The notes beneath the pieces are model-generated. The model was given only the letters and a program-made list of their open reading frames with translations. It searched no databases and was not told the origin of the DNA. Positions 26,735 to 41,400 of a stretch of DNA of 64,000 nt are shown here, in pieces (the stretch's first letter is position 1; each line of letters begins with the position of its first letter). The position numbers were made by a program, and so were the translations under genes. Origin of the DNA: Heterodontus francisci (taxonomy: Eukaryota); the NCBI RefSeq assembly GCF_036365525.1, contig NW_027140645.1, forward strand, positions 186,001 through 250,000, read 5' to 3'.

Positions 26735-29700
26735 TGTCCACATGTCCCATCGGCAGGACAGACCCAGCAGAGATGGTGACACAGTGGTATGTAGTCAGGA
26801 GGGAGTTGCCCTGGGAGTCCTCAACATTGACTGCAGACCCCCATGAAGTCTCATGGCATCAGGTCAAACATGGGCAATGAAACCTCCTGCTGATTACCAC
26901 CTACTGCCTCATCCCCTTGGCTGATGAGTCAGTGCTTCTCCATGTTCAACACCAATTGGGAGAAGCACTGAGGGTAGCAAGGGCACAAATTGGTATTCTG
27001 GGTAGGGGACTTCAATGTCTATCAGCAAGAGTGGCTCAGTAGCACCACTACTGACCGGGCCTAAAGGACATGGCTGCTAGACTGGGACTGTGGCAGGTAG
27101 TGAGGAAACCAACGAGGGAAAAACCTACTTGACCTCGTCCTCACCAGTCTACCTGTCGCAGATTCATCTGTCCATGACAGTATTGTTAGAAGTGACCACT
27201 GCACAGTCCTTGTGGAGATGAAGTCCTGTCTTCACACTCAGTACCGACCATTGTGTTGTGTGGCACTACCACCGTGCTAAATAGGATAGATTTTGAACAG
27301 ATCTAGCAACTCAAAACTGGGCATCCATGAAGCGCTGTGGGCCATCAGCAGCAGCAGAATTGTATTCAACCACAATCTCTAACCTCATGGCCCGGCATAT
27401 CCCCCACTCTACCATTACCATCAAGCCGGGAGACCAACCCTGGTTCAATGAAGAGTGCAGGAGGGCATGCCAGGAGCAGCACCAGGCATACCTAAAATTC
27501 AGTTGTCAACCTGGTGACGCTACAATGCAGGACCACTTGCGCACCAAACCGGAAGCAGCATGCAATAGCCAGAGCTAAGCAATCCCATAACCAACGGATC
27601 AGATCTAAACTTCGCAGTCCTGCGGGTAACTCACCTCCTGTCTCCCCAAAGCCTGTCCACCATCTACAAGGCACAAGTCAGGAGTGTGATGGAATACTCT
27701 CCACTTGCTTGGATGGGTGCAACTCCAACAACACTCAAGAAGCTCGACACCATCCAGGACAAAGCAGCTCGCTTGATTGGCACCCCATCTACAAACATTC
27801 ACTCCCTCCACCACCAACGCACAGTGGCAGCAGTGTGTACCATCTACAAGATGCACTGCAGTAACTCACCAAGGCTCCTTAGACAGCACCTTCCAAACCC
27901 ACGACCTCTACCAACTAGAAGGACAAGAGCAGCAGATGCATGGGAACATCACCGCCTGCAAGTTCCCCTCCAAGTCACACACCATCCTGACTTGGAACAA
28001 TATCGCTGTTCCTTCACTGTTGCTGGGTCAAAATCCTGGAACTCCCTTCCTAACAGCACTGTGGGTGTACCTACCCCAAATGGACTGCAGCGGTTCAAGA
28101 AGGCAGCTCACCACCACCTTCTCAAGGGCAATTAGGGATGGGCAATAAATGCTGGCCTGGCCAGTGACGCCCACATCCCATGAATGAATAAAAAACAAAC
28201 ATCCAGTTGTGAATCATGGTGAACAATTGACAGGAGGAGGAGGCGCAACAAATATCCCCATCCTCAACAACGGGGGAGCCCAGCACATTAGTGCGAAAGA
28301 TAAGGTTGACGCATTTGCATCCATCTTCAGCCAGAAGTGCTGAGTGGATGATCCATCTCGGCCTCCTCCTGAGGTCCCCAGCATCACAGATGCCAGTCTT
28401 CAGCCAATCCAATTCACTCCACGTGATATCAAGAAAAGGTTGAAGGCGCTGGATACTGCAAAGGCTATGGGCCCTAACAACATTCCAGCAACAGTACTGA
28501 AAAAGTGTGCTCCAGAACTAGCCCCCGCGACCCTATCCAAGCTGTTCCAGTACAGCTACAATACTGGCACCTACCTGACAATGTGGAAAATTGCCTAGGT
28601 ATGTCCTATTCACAAAAAACAGGAAAAATCCAATCCAGCCAATTACTGCCCTATCAGTCTATTCCTGATCATCAGCAAAGTGATGGAAGGGGTCATTAAC
28701 AGTGCTATCAAGCAACACTTGCTCAGCAATAACCTGCTCCGTGACACTCAGTTTGGGTTCCGCCAGGGCCACTCAGCTCCTGACCTCATTACAACCTTGG
28801 TTCAAACATGGACAAAAGAGCTGAACTCCAGAGGTGAGGTGAGAGTGACTGCCCTTGACATCAAGGCAGCATTTGACTGAGTATGGCATCAAGAAGCCCT
28901 CGCAAAACTGAGGTCAATGGGAATCGGGGGGGAAAACCCTCCACTGGCTGGAGTCATACCGAGCACAAAGGAAAATAGTTGTGGTTGTTGGAGGTCAATC
29001 ATCTCAGTCCCAGGACATCACTGCAGGAGTTCCTTAAGGTCGTGTCTTAGGCCCAACCATCTTCTGCTTCATCAATGACCTTCCCTTCATCATAAGGTCA
29101 GAAGTGGGGATGTTTGCTGATGATTGCACAATGTTCAGCACCATTCGTGACTCCTCAGATAATGAAGCAGCCCATGTCCATATGCAGCAAGACCTGAACA
29201 ATAACCAGGCTTGGGCTGATAAGTGGCAAGTAGTATTTGCGCCACACAAGTGCCAGGCAATGACCATCTCCAACAAGAGAGAATCTAACCATCTCCCTTT
29301 GACATTCAATGGCATTACCATCACTGAATTCGCCACTATCAATATCCTAAGAGCTACCATTGACCAGAAACTGAACTGGAGTAGCCACATAAATACCGTG
29401 GCTATGAGCAGGTCAGAGGCTGGGAATTCTGCAGCGAATAACTCACCTCCTGACTCCCCAAAACCTGTCCATCTACAAGGCACAAGTCAGGAGTGTGATG
29501 GAATACTCTCCACTTGCCTGGATGGGTGCAGCTCCAACAACACTCAAGAAGCTCGACATCATCCAGGACAAAGCAGCCCACTTGATTGGCACCCCATCTA
29601 CAAACATTCACTCCCTCCACAGTGACGCACAGTGGCAGCAGTGTGTACCATCTACAAGATGCACTGCAGCAATGCACCAAGGTTCCTTCAACAGCATCTT

Positions 29701-30008
29701 CCAAACCCGCAACCTCTACCAACTAGAAGGACAAGGGCAGCAAATGCATGGGAACACCACCACCTGCAAGTTCCCCTCCAAGTCACACACCATCCTGACT
29801 TGGAACTATATCGCCGTTACTTCACTGTCGCTGGGTCAAAATCCTGGAACTCCCTTCCTAACAGCACTGTGGGTGTACCTACCTCACATGGACTGCAGCG
29901 GTTCAAGAAGGCAGCTCACCACCACCACTTCAAGGGCAATTAGGGATGGGCAATAAATGCTGGCCTGGCCAGTGACGCCCACATCCCCCAAATTAATATT
30001 AAAAAAAA
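26735..30008 (+). mobile_element. Degraded non-LTR retrotransposon (APE+RT, CR1/L2/Jockey-group, distinct from the HER1-like CR1 family)
   Basis: APE motifs GDFNV (ggggacttcaatgtc), LDLVLT, SDH; RT motifs QFGFR, ALDIKAAFD, MFADDCT, WADKWQV; several stops/frameshifts; A-rich 3' end. Confidence 0.88.
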
Positions 30009-30203
30009 GTGGAGCTAATTGGGAATCCAGATGTGATGATTTGCTTTTCTGATCAGTGAATAATGAATGAATAACAGACACCATCTTTGGGCCTGTCATC
30101 TCAATCATCATTCACACAGTGAATGCATGTGAACTTTAACCTTTCTGTGTGTTTGTCGGTAAACTGGTGAGAGAAAAAGCAGAGAGTGAGAGTGTTTTTG
30201 ATT

Positions 30204-30300
30204 AAAAACAAGAAATGCTGGAAATACTCAGCAGGTCTGGCAGCATCTGTGGAGAGAGAAGCAGAGTTAACGTTTCAGGTCAGTGACCCTTCATCAGAGT
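30204..30300 (-). mobile_element. Penelope-like terminal fragment containing a minimal hammerhead ribozyme core
   Basis: Minus strand: CTGATGA-AGGGTCACTGACCT-GAAACGTT-AACTCTG...cagatgctgccagacctgctgag; homologous to 61608-61690. Confidence 0.7.
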
Positions 30301-30814
30301 TTGATTGTTGCGGCTGGTTTAATTCTTTGGTCACTAAATGAAGGTAGATGTTAAGATGTTTAGTAAATATATACATGTGAGAAATGTTTATCTGGATTGT
30401 GTGAGCCTCGACCTTTTCTCTCCAATAAAAAGTTAGTGTGAGGGGGCTAAGCAGCTTTTGATGTTGGGTGCCCCCGTACAGATGAAGTAGAAAGTGGCAG
30501 TAAAGGGCACATGGTGGGGCCAAATGACCCTGACCTTTGTTCCCAAAACTGCAAGACAATCGTACGTTTTTGATTTCTCTCTTTCATGTAGGTTAAACAT
30601 TAAGCTTCTGACTGACTGTAAATCTAATCAATGCCGGCACGTCAATAGGAGACACCCTACATCTACTGTAATTCATTGTTTCCTGGAGTATAGCCTGGGT
30701 ACAGACTCCTAAATAAATAGCATCTGAGTAAACCCAAAGTCTAACATCCTTCCACACCTGCAGTGACTCATTTAAGGGGAACGCTAGCTATGTACGTGAG
30801 GAAAAAAGGGATAG

Positions 30815-31110
30815 AGGGTGGCGCAGTGGTTAGCATCGCAACCTCACAGCTCCAGGGACCCGGGTTCAGTTCTGGGTACTGCCTGTGTGGAGTTTGCAAG
30901 TTCTCCCTGTGACCGCGTGGGTTTCCGCCGGGTGCTGCGGTTTCCTCCCACAGCCCAAGACTTGTAGGTGATAGGTAAATTGGCCATTGCAAATTGCCCC
31001 TAGGGAATATGGGATTGCTGTAGGATTGGTATAAATGGGTGGTTCTTGGTTGTCACAGACTCGGTGGGCTGAAGGGCCTGTTTCAGTGCTGTATCTCTAA
31101 ATAAAAAAAA
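30815..31110 (+). mobile_element. HE1/V-SINE-like tRNA-derived SINE
   Basis: A box tggcgcagtgg, degenerate B box ggttcagttct, V-domain-like core, tail gaagggcctgtttcagtgctgtatctctaaataaa. Confidence 0.85.
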
Positions 31111-31667
31111 TTTAAAAAAAGGATTGGGAGACGATGTGGGATGTGGAGCATAAACCCCAGCAGAGATCATTTGGGCTGAATGGCCTGTTCCTGTGCTATA
31201 GATTCCATGGAGCTTTCCGGAATAGAATGTCTGGCCTCTTTATCCAATATCCCCACACTTGCACCTTCCTAGCAGGAGCTTGGGAATGGTAATTTGGTGA
31301 GCTGACCAATTTCTCCAGATCAATGGATCCCTGGGCCAATTGTGGAGCCTCTCCAGAACCCCAGGTTTAGATTAGTGAAGTAACAGGGATAATTCAGTCA
31401 ACCTGCCCCACCATTTTCTTAGCCGTGTCAGCTGTACCTTTTTAATTTTAGTGTCTCCACCCGCGATGCACTTTGGAACCGGAATGGTCTGTGGGGTCCT
31501 GCTACACGTGGCCTTTACCAAGTGAGCCAGTGGGGGAGCCAGCTGTACACATTAACCAGATACAACTATCGGGTAGTGCTGATATTATCAAACGGGTAGA
31601 GAAGCCTTTTTAATATCTCTGCTTTACAGGAATGTTTAATGAAATTATAAGAGAGAAAATATCTGTT

Positions 31668-32030
31668 GGCAACAACAACTTGCATTTATATAGTACCTTC
31701 AACATGGTAAAACATATCGGAGTGTTTAACAGGAGTGTTATCAAACAAAGTTTGACACCAAGCCCCATGAGATATTACGTCAGATAACCAAAAGCTTAGC
31801 CAAGAGTTAGGTTTTAAGGAGTATTTTAAAGGAGGAGAGAGGCATGGAAAGGTTTAGGGAGGGAATTTCAGAGCTTAGGACCAAGGTAACTGAAGGCGCG
31901 GCTACCAATAGTGGAGTGATTAAAATTGGGGAAGCTTAACAATTGCAGGAGTGCAGAGACCTTGAAGAGCTGGAGGAGATTACAGAGATAGGGAAGGGTG
32001 AGGCCATGAAGAGGATTTGAAAACAAGGAC
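31668..32030 (-). mobile_element. L2-like LINE 3' fragment
   Basis: caacaacaacttgcatttatatag...; reverse complement of 16500-16895. Confidence 0.7.
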
Positions 32031-32498
32031 AATACAGTCAGTTTATTTCTGATACTGTTCCTGCTCAGAATCCTTCTCTTCTAGGATCTCTTCATTTCAT
32101 CATTTGAGGAGCGGGGGGATTTCTGCGTGCAGATGTTTTTTTATATATTCAACAAGCAAGGCAAAATGTCCAGAGGTCACCACAAGCAAGTTAACATTTC
32201 AATTTCTTAGCCTGGATCTGACAGGAACTTTGGCAGGAACAGAGAGAGAGAGGGAGAGAGTCAAGACCAAGGGAATAGCAGTTGTTTAAGATACGAGCAC
32301 ACAGCTCGGAGTCTCACAGCTCGGAGTCACAAGGGAGAGTGTGAGTTGGAGACCAATCCATAGTGTAACCACTTCCAATAGGATTTTGGGGTAATGACAG
32401 CCATTCAGGAGAAGGACAACAATTCAACACCCTCTAGATGGATTTCTGGAAAAGGGGAGACTGACTCTGGTGAGTAATTCAACAAGAACAGGGCAAAA

Positions 32499-35400
32499 TA
32501 GACAGGGACCAACACACAGGGACAGGGGGACAGGGACCCACACACACAGCAAGAGGGAGACAGGGACCAACACACAGGGACAGGGGGACAGGGACCCACA
32601 CACACAGTGAGAGGGAGACAGGGACCCACACACACAGTGAGAGAGAGACAGGGACCCACACACACAGTGAGAGGGAGACAGGGACCCACACACACAGTGA
32701 GAGGGAGACAGGGACCCACACACACAGCAAGAGGGAGACAGGGACCCACACACACAGTGAGAGAGAGACAGGGACCCACACACACAGTGAGAGGGAGACA
32801 GGGACCCACACACACAGTGAGAGGGAGACAGGGACCCACACACACAGTGAGAGGGAGACAGGGACCCACACACACAGCAAGAGGGAGACAGGGACCCACA
32901 CACACAGTGAGAGAGAGACAGGGACCCACACACACAGTGAGAGGGAGACAGGGACCCACACACACAGTGAGAGGGAGACAGGGACCCACACACACAGTGA
33001 GAGAGAGACAGGGACCCACACACACAGTGAGAGGGAGACAGGGACCCACACACACAGTGAGAGAGAGACAGGGACCCACACACACAGTGAGAGGGAGACA
33101 GGGGCCCACACACACAGTGAGAGGGAGACAGGGACCCACACACACAGTGAGAGAGAGACAGGGACCCACACACACAGTGAGAGGGAGACAGGGACCCACA
33201 CACACAGTGAGAGAGAGACAGGGACCCACACACACAGCAAGAGAGAGACAGGGACCCACACACACAGTGAGAGGGAGACAGGGACCCACACACACAGTGA
33301 GAGGGAGACAGGGACTCACACACACAGTGAGAGGGAGACAGGGACCCACACACACAGTGAGAGAGAGACAGGGACCCACACACACAGTGAGAGGGAGACA
33401 GGGACCCACACACACAGTGAGAGAGAGACAGGGACCCACACACACAGTGAGAGGGAGACAGGGGCCCACACACACAGTGAGAGGGAGACAGGGGCCCACA
33501 CACACAGTGAGAGAGAGACAGGGACCCACACACACAGTGAGAGAGAGACAGGGACCCACACACACAGTGAGAGGGAGACAGGGACCCACACACACAGTGA
33601 GAGGGAGACAGGGACCAACACACAGGGACAGGGGCACAGGGACCCACACACACAGTGAGAGGGAGACAGGGACCCACACACACAGTGAGAGAGAGACAGG
33701 GACCCACACACACAGTGAGAGGGAGACAGGGACCCACACACACAGTGAGAGAGAGACAGGGACCCACACACACAGTGAGAGGGAGACAGGGACCCACACA
33801 CACAGTGAGAGGGAGACAGGGACCCACACACACAGCAAGAGGGAGACAGGGACCCACACACACAGTGAGAGAGAGACAGGGACCCACACACACAGTGAGA
33901 GGGAGACAGGGACCCACACACACAGTGAGAGGGAGACAGGGACCAACACACAGGGACAGGGGCACAGGGACCCACACACACAGTGAGAGGGAGACAGGGA
34001 CCCACACACACAGTGAGAGAGAGACAGGGACCCACACACACAGCAAGAGGGAGACAGGGACCCACACACACAGTGAGAGAGAGACAGGGACCCACACACA
34101 CAGTGAGAGGGAGACAGGGACCCACACACACAGTGAGAGGGAGACAGGGACCCACACACACAGCGAGAGGGAGACAGGGACCAACACACAGGGACAGGGG
34201 CACAGGGACCCACACACACAGCAAGAGGGAGACAGGGACCAACACACACAGCAAGAGGGAGACAGGGACCCACACACACAGTGAGAGGGAGACAGGGACC
34301 CACACACACAGCAAGAGGGAGACAGGGACCCACACACACAGTGAGAGGGAGACAGGGACCCACACACACAGCAAGAGGGAGACAGGGACCAACACACAGG
34401 GACAGGGGCACAGGGACCCACACACACAGCGAGAGAGAGACAGGGACCCACACACACACAGCGAGAGGGAGACTGGGACCCACACACACAGCGAGAGAGA
34501 GAGACAGGGACCCACACACACAGTGAGAGAGAGACAGGGACCCACACACACAGTGAGACAGACAGGGACGCACACACACAGTGAGAGGGAGACAGGGACG
34601 CACACACGCAGTGAGAGGGAGACAGGGACCCACACACACAGCGAGAGAGAGACAGGGACCCACACACACAGTGAGAGAGAGACAGGGTCCCACACACACA
34701 GTGAGAGGGAGACTGGGACCCACACACACAGTGGGAGAGAGACAGGGACCCACACACACAGCGAGAGAGAGACAGGGACCCACACACACAGAGGGAGAGG
34801 GAGACTGGGACCCACACACACAGCGAGAGGGAGACAGGGACCCACACACACAGTGAGAGAGAGACAGGGTCCCACACACACACACACAGAGGGAGAGGGA
34901 GACAGGGACCCACACACACAGCGAGAGGGAGACTGGGACCCACACACACAGTGAGAGGGAGACAGGGACCCACACACACAGTGAGAGGGAGACAGGGACC
35001 CACACACACAGTGAGAGAGAGACAGGGTCCCACACACACAGTGAGAGGGAGACTGGGACCCACACACACAGTGAGAGAGAGACAGGGTCCCACACACACA
35101 CACACAGAGGGAGAGGGAGACAGGGACCCACACACACAGTGAGAGGGAGACAGGGACCCACACACACACACACAGAGGGAGAGGGAGACAGGGACCCACA
35201 CACACACACACAGAGGGAGAGGGAGACAGGGACCCACACACACAGTGAGAGGGAGACAGGGACCCACACACACACACACAGAGGGAGAGGGAGACAGGGA
35301 CCCACACACACACACACAGAGGGAGAGGGAGACAGGGACCCACACACACAGTGAGAGGGAGACAGGGACCCACACACACAGTGAGAGGGAGACAGGGACC

Positions 35401-38400
35401 CACACACACAGTGAGAGAGAGACAGGGACCCACACACACAGTGAGAGGGAGACAGGGACCCACACACACAGTGAGAGGGAGACAGGGACCCACACACACA
35501 GTGAGAGAGAGACAGGGACCCACACACACAGTGAGAGGGAGACAGGGACCCACACACACACACACAGAGGGAGAGGGAGACAGGGACCCACACACACAGT
35601 GAGAGGGAGACAGGGACCCACACACACAGTGAGAGAGAGACAGGGTCCCACACACACAGTGAGAGAGAGGCAGGGTCCCACACACACAGTGAGAGACAGA
35701 CAGGGACCCACACACACAGTGAGAGAGAGACAGGGTCCCACACACACAGTGAGAGACAGACAGGGACCCACACACACAGTGAGAGGGAGACAGGGACCCA
35801 CACACACACACACACAGAGGGAGAGGGAGACTGGGACCCACACACACAGTGAGAGAGAGAGAGACAGGGACCCACACACACAGTGAGAGACAGACAGGGA
35901 CCCACACACACAGTGAGAGACAGACAGGGACCCACACACACAGTGAGAGAGAGACAGGGTCCCACACACACAGTGAGAGACAGACAGGGACCCACACACA
36001 CAGTGAGAGAGAGACAGGGTCCCACACACACAGTGAGAGAGAGGCAGGGTCCCACACACACAGTGAGAGAGAGGCAGGGACCCACACACACAGTGAGAGG
36101 GAGACAGGGACCCACACACACACACACACAGAGGGAGAGGGAGACTGGGACCCACACACACAGTGAGAGAGAGACAGGGTCCCACACACACAGTGAGAGA
36201 CAGACAGGGACCCACACACACAGTGAGAGAGAGACAGGGTCCCACACACACAGTGAGAGACAGACAGGGACCCACACACACAGTGAGAGAGAGACAGGGT
36301 CCCACACACACAGTGAGAGACAGACAGGGACCCACACACACAGTGAGAGAGAGGCAGGGTCCCACACACACAGTGAGAGAGAGACAGGGACCCACACACA
36401 CAGTGAGAGAGAGACAGGGACCCACACACACAGTGAGAGAGAGACAGGGACCCACACACACAGTGAGAGACAGACAGGGTCCCACACACACAGTGAGAGA
36501 GAGACAGGGACCCACACACACAGTGAGAGACAGACAGGGACCCACACACACAGTGAGAGGGAGACAGGGACCCACACACACAGTGAGAGGGAGACAGGGA
36601 CCCACACACACAGTGAGAGAGAGACAGGGACCCACACACACAGTGAGAGACAGACAGGGACCCACACACACAGTGAGAGACAGACAGGGACCCACACACA
36701 CAGTGAGAGAGAGACAGGGACCCACACACACAGTGAGAGGGAGACAGGGACCCACACACACAGTGAGAGAGAGACAGGGACCCACACACACAGTGAGAGA
36801 GAGACAGGGACCCACACACACAGTGAGAGACAGACAGGGACCCACACACACAGTGAGAGAGAGGCAGGGACCCACACACACAGTGAGAGAGAGACAGGGA
36901 CCCACACACACAGTGAGAGACAGACAGGGACCCACACACACAGTGAGAGGGAGACAGGGACCCACACACACAGTGAGAGGGAGACAGGGACCCACACACA
37001 CAGTGAGAGAGAGACAGGGACCCACACACACAGTGAGAGAGAGACAGGGACCCACACACACAGTGAGAGACAGACAGGGACCCACACACACAGTGAGAGA
37101 GAGACAGGGACCCACACACACACAGCGAGAGGGAGACAGGGACCCACACACACAGTGAGAGAGAGACAGGGACCCACACACACAGTGAGAGGGAGACAGG
37201 GTCCCACACACACAGTGAGAGGGAGACAGGGTCCCACACACACACACACACACACAGTGAGAGAGAGACAGGGACCCACACACACAGTGAGAGAGAGACA
37301 GGGTCCCACACACACACACACACACACAGCGAGAGGGAGACAGGGACCCCCACACACAGTGAGAGAGAGACAGGGTCCCACACACACAGCGAGAGGGAGA
37401 CAGGGACCCACACACACAGTGAGAGGGAGACAGGGTCCCACACACACAGTGAGAGGGAGACAGGGACCCACACACACAGTGAGAGAGAGACAGGGACCCA
37501 CACACACACAGCGAGAGGGAGACAGGGACCCACACACACAGTGAGAGGGAGACAGGGACCCACACACACAGTGAGAGAGAGACAGGGTCCCACACACACA
37601 GTGAGAGGGACACAGGGGCCCACACACACACACACACACACAGTGAGAGAGAGACAGGGACCCACACACACAGTGAGAGAGAGACAGGGTCCCACACACA
37701 CACACACACACACAGTGAGAGAGAGACAGGGACCCACACACACAGTGAGAGAGAGACAGGGTCCCACACACACACACACACACACAGCGAGAGGGAGACA
37801 GGGACCCCCACACACAGTGAGAGAGAGACAGGGTCCCACACACACAGCGAGAGGGAGACAGGGACCCACACACACAGTGAGAGGGAGACAGGGACCCACA
37901 CACACAGTGAGAGAGAGACAGGGTCCCACACACACACACACACACACAGTGAGAGAGAGACAGGGTCCCACACACACAGTGAGAGAGAGACAGGGACCCA
38001 CACACACAGTGAGAGAGAGACAGGGTCCCACACACACAGCGAGAGGGAGACAGGGACCCACACACACAGTGAGAGAGAGACAGGGTCCCACACACACAGT
38101 GAGAGAGAGACAGGGACCCACACACACAGTGAGAGAGAGACAGGGTCCCACACACACAGTGAGAGACAGACAGGGACCCACACACACAGTGAGAGAGAGA
38201 CAGGGTCCCACACACACAGTGAGAGAGAGACAGGGACCCACACACACAGCGAGAGGGAGACAGGGACCCACACACACAGTGAGAGAGAGACTGGGTCCCA
38301 CACACACAGCGAGGGAGACAGGGACCCACACACACAGTGAGAGACAGACAGGGACCCACACACACAGTGAGAGACAGACAGGGACCCACACACACAGCGA

Positions 38401-41400
38401 GAGGGAGACTGGGTCCCACACACAGTGAGAGGGAGACAGGGACCCACACACACAGTGAGAGAGAGACAGGGTCCCACACACACAGTGAGAGGGAGACAGG
38501 GACCCACACACACAGTGAGAGAGAGACAGGGTCCCACACACACAGTGAGAGGGACACAGGGGCCCACACACACACACACACACACAGTGAGAGAGAGACA
38601 GGGACCCACACACACAGTGAGAGAGAGACAGGGTCCCACACACACAGTGAGAGGGACACAGGGGCCCACACACACACACACACACACAGTGAGAGAGAGA
38701 CAGGGACCCACACACACAGCGAGAGGGAGACAGGGACCCACACACACAGTGAGAGAGAGACAGGGTCCCACACACACAGTGAGAGGGACACAGGGGCCCA
38801 CACACACACACACACACACAGTGAGAGAGAGACAGGGACCCACACACACAGCGAGAGACAGACAGGGACCCACACACACAGCGAGAGGGAGACAGGGACC
38901 CACACACACAGTGAGAGACAGACAGGGACCCACACACACAGTGAGAGACAGACAGGGACCCACACACACAGCGAGAGGGAGACAGGGACCCACACACACA
39001 GTGAGAGAGAGACAGGGTCCCACACACACAGTGAGAGACAGACAGGGACCCACACACACAGTGAGAGAGAGACAGGGACCCACACACACACAGCGAGAGG
39101 GAGACAGGGACCCACACACACAGTGAGGGAGACAGGGACCCACACACACAGTGAGGGAGACAGGGACCCACACACACAGTGAGAGAGAGACAGGGACCCA
39201 CACACACAGTGAGAGGGAGACAGGGACCCACACACACACACACAGAGGGAGAGGGAGACAGGGACCCACACACACAGTGAGAGGGAGACAGGGACCCACA
39301 CACACAGTGAGAGAGAGACAGGGTCCCACACACACAGTGAGAGAGAGGCAGGGTCCCACACACACAGTGAGAGACAGACAGGGACCCACACACACAGTGA
39401 GAGAGAGACAGGGTCCCACACACACAGTGAGAGACAGACAGGGACCCACACACACAGTGAGAGGGAGACAGGGACCCACACACACACACACACAGAGGGA
39501 GAGGGAGACTGGGACCCACACACACAGTGAGAGAGAGAGAGACAGGGACCCACACACACAGTGAGAGACAGACAGGGACCCACACACACAGTGAGAGACA
39601 GACAGGGACCCACACACACAGTGAGAGAGAGACAGGGTCCCACACACACAGTGAGAGACAGACAGGGACCCACACACACAGTGAGAGAGAGACAGGGTCC
39701 CACACACACAGTGAGAGAGAGGCAGGGTCCCACACACACAGTGAGAGAGAGGCAGGGACCCACACACACAGTGAGAGGGAGACAGGGACCCACACACACA
39801 CACACACAGAGGGAGAGGGAGACTGGGACCCACACACACAGTGAGAGAGAGACAGGGTCCCACACACACAGTGAGAGACAGACAGGGACCCACACACACA
39901 GTGAGAGAGAGACAGGGTCCCACACACACAGTGAGAGACAGACAGGGACCCACACACACAGTGAGAGAGAGACAGGGTCCCACACACACAGTGAGAGACA
40001 GACAGGGACCCACACACACAGTGAGAGAGAGGCAGGGTCCCACACACACAGTGAGAGAGAGACAGGGACCCACACACACAGTGAGAGAGAGACAGGGACC
40101 CACACACACAGTGAGAGAGAGACAGGGACCCACACACACAGTGAGAGACAGACAGGGTCCCACACACACAGTGAGAGAGAGACAGGGACCCACACACACA
40201 GTGAGAGACAGACAGGGACCCACACACACAGTGAGAGGGAGACAGGGACCCACACACACAGTGAGAGGGAGACAGGGACCCACACACACAGTGAGAGAGA
40301 GACAGGGACCCACACACACAGTGAGAGACAGACAGGGACCCACACACACAGTGAGAGACAGACAGGGACCCACACACACAGTGAGAGAGAGACAGGGACC
40401 CACACACACAGTGAGAGGGAGACAGGGACCCACACACACAGTGAGAGAGAGACAGGGACCCACACACACAGTGAGAGAGAGACAGGGACCCACACACACA
40501 GTGAGAGACAGACAGGGACCCACACACACAGTGAGAGAGAGGCAGGGACCCACACACACAGTGAGAGAGAGACAGGGACCCACACACACAGTGAGAGACA
40601 GACAGGGACCCACACACACAGTGAGAGGGAGACAGGGACCCACACACACAGTGAGAGGGAGACAGGGACCCACACACACAGTGAGAGAGAGACAGGGACC
40701 CACACACACAGTGAGAGAGAGACAGGGACCCACACACACAGTGAGAGACAGACAGGGACCCACACACACAGTGAGAGAGAGACAGGGACCCACACACACA
40801 CAGCGAGAGGGAGACAGGGACCCACACACACAGTGAGAGAGAGACAGGGACCCACACACACACAGCGAGAGGGAGACAGGGACCCACACACACAGTGAGA
40901 GGGAGACAGGGACCCACACACACAGTGAGAGGGAGACAGGGACCCACACACACAGTGAGAGAGAGACAGGGACCCACACACACACAGCGAGAGGGAGACA
41001 GGGACCCACACACACAGTGAGAGGGAGACAGGGACCCACACACACAGTGAGAGAGAGACAGGGTCCCACACACACAGTGAGAGGGACACAGGGGCCCACA
41101 CACACACACACACACACAGTGAGAGAGAGACAGGGACCCACACACACAGTGAGAGAGAGACAGGGTCCCACACACACACACACACACACACAGTGAGAGA
41201 GAGACAGGGACCCACACACACAGTGAGAGAGAGACAGGGTCCCACACACACACACACACACACAGCGAGAGGGAGACAGGGACCCCCACACACAGTGAGA
41301 GAGAGACAGGGTCCCACACACACAGCGAGAGGGAGACAGGGACCCACACACACAGTGAGAGGGAGACAGGGACCCACACACACAGTGAGAGAGAGACAGG

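Noticed and set aside
26735-30008. Active or domesticated reverse transcriptase gene
   Set aside because: In-frame stops (e.g. AAFD-TGA), frameshifts and a nested insertion
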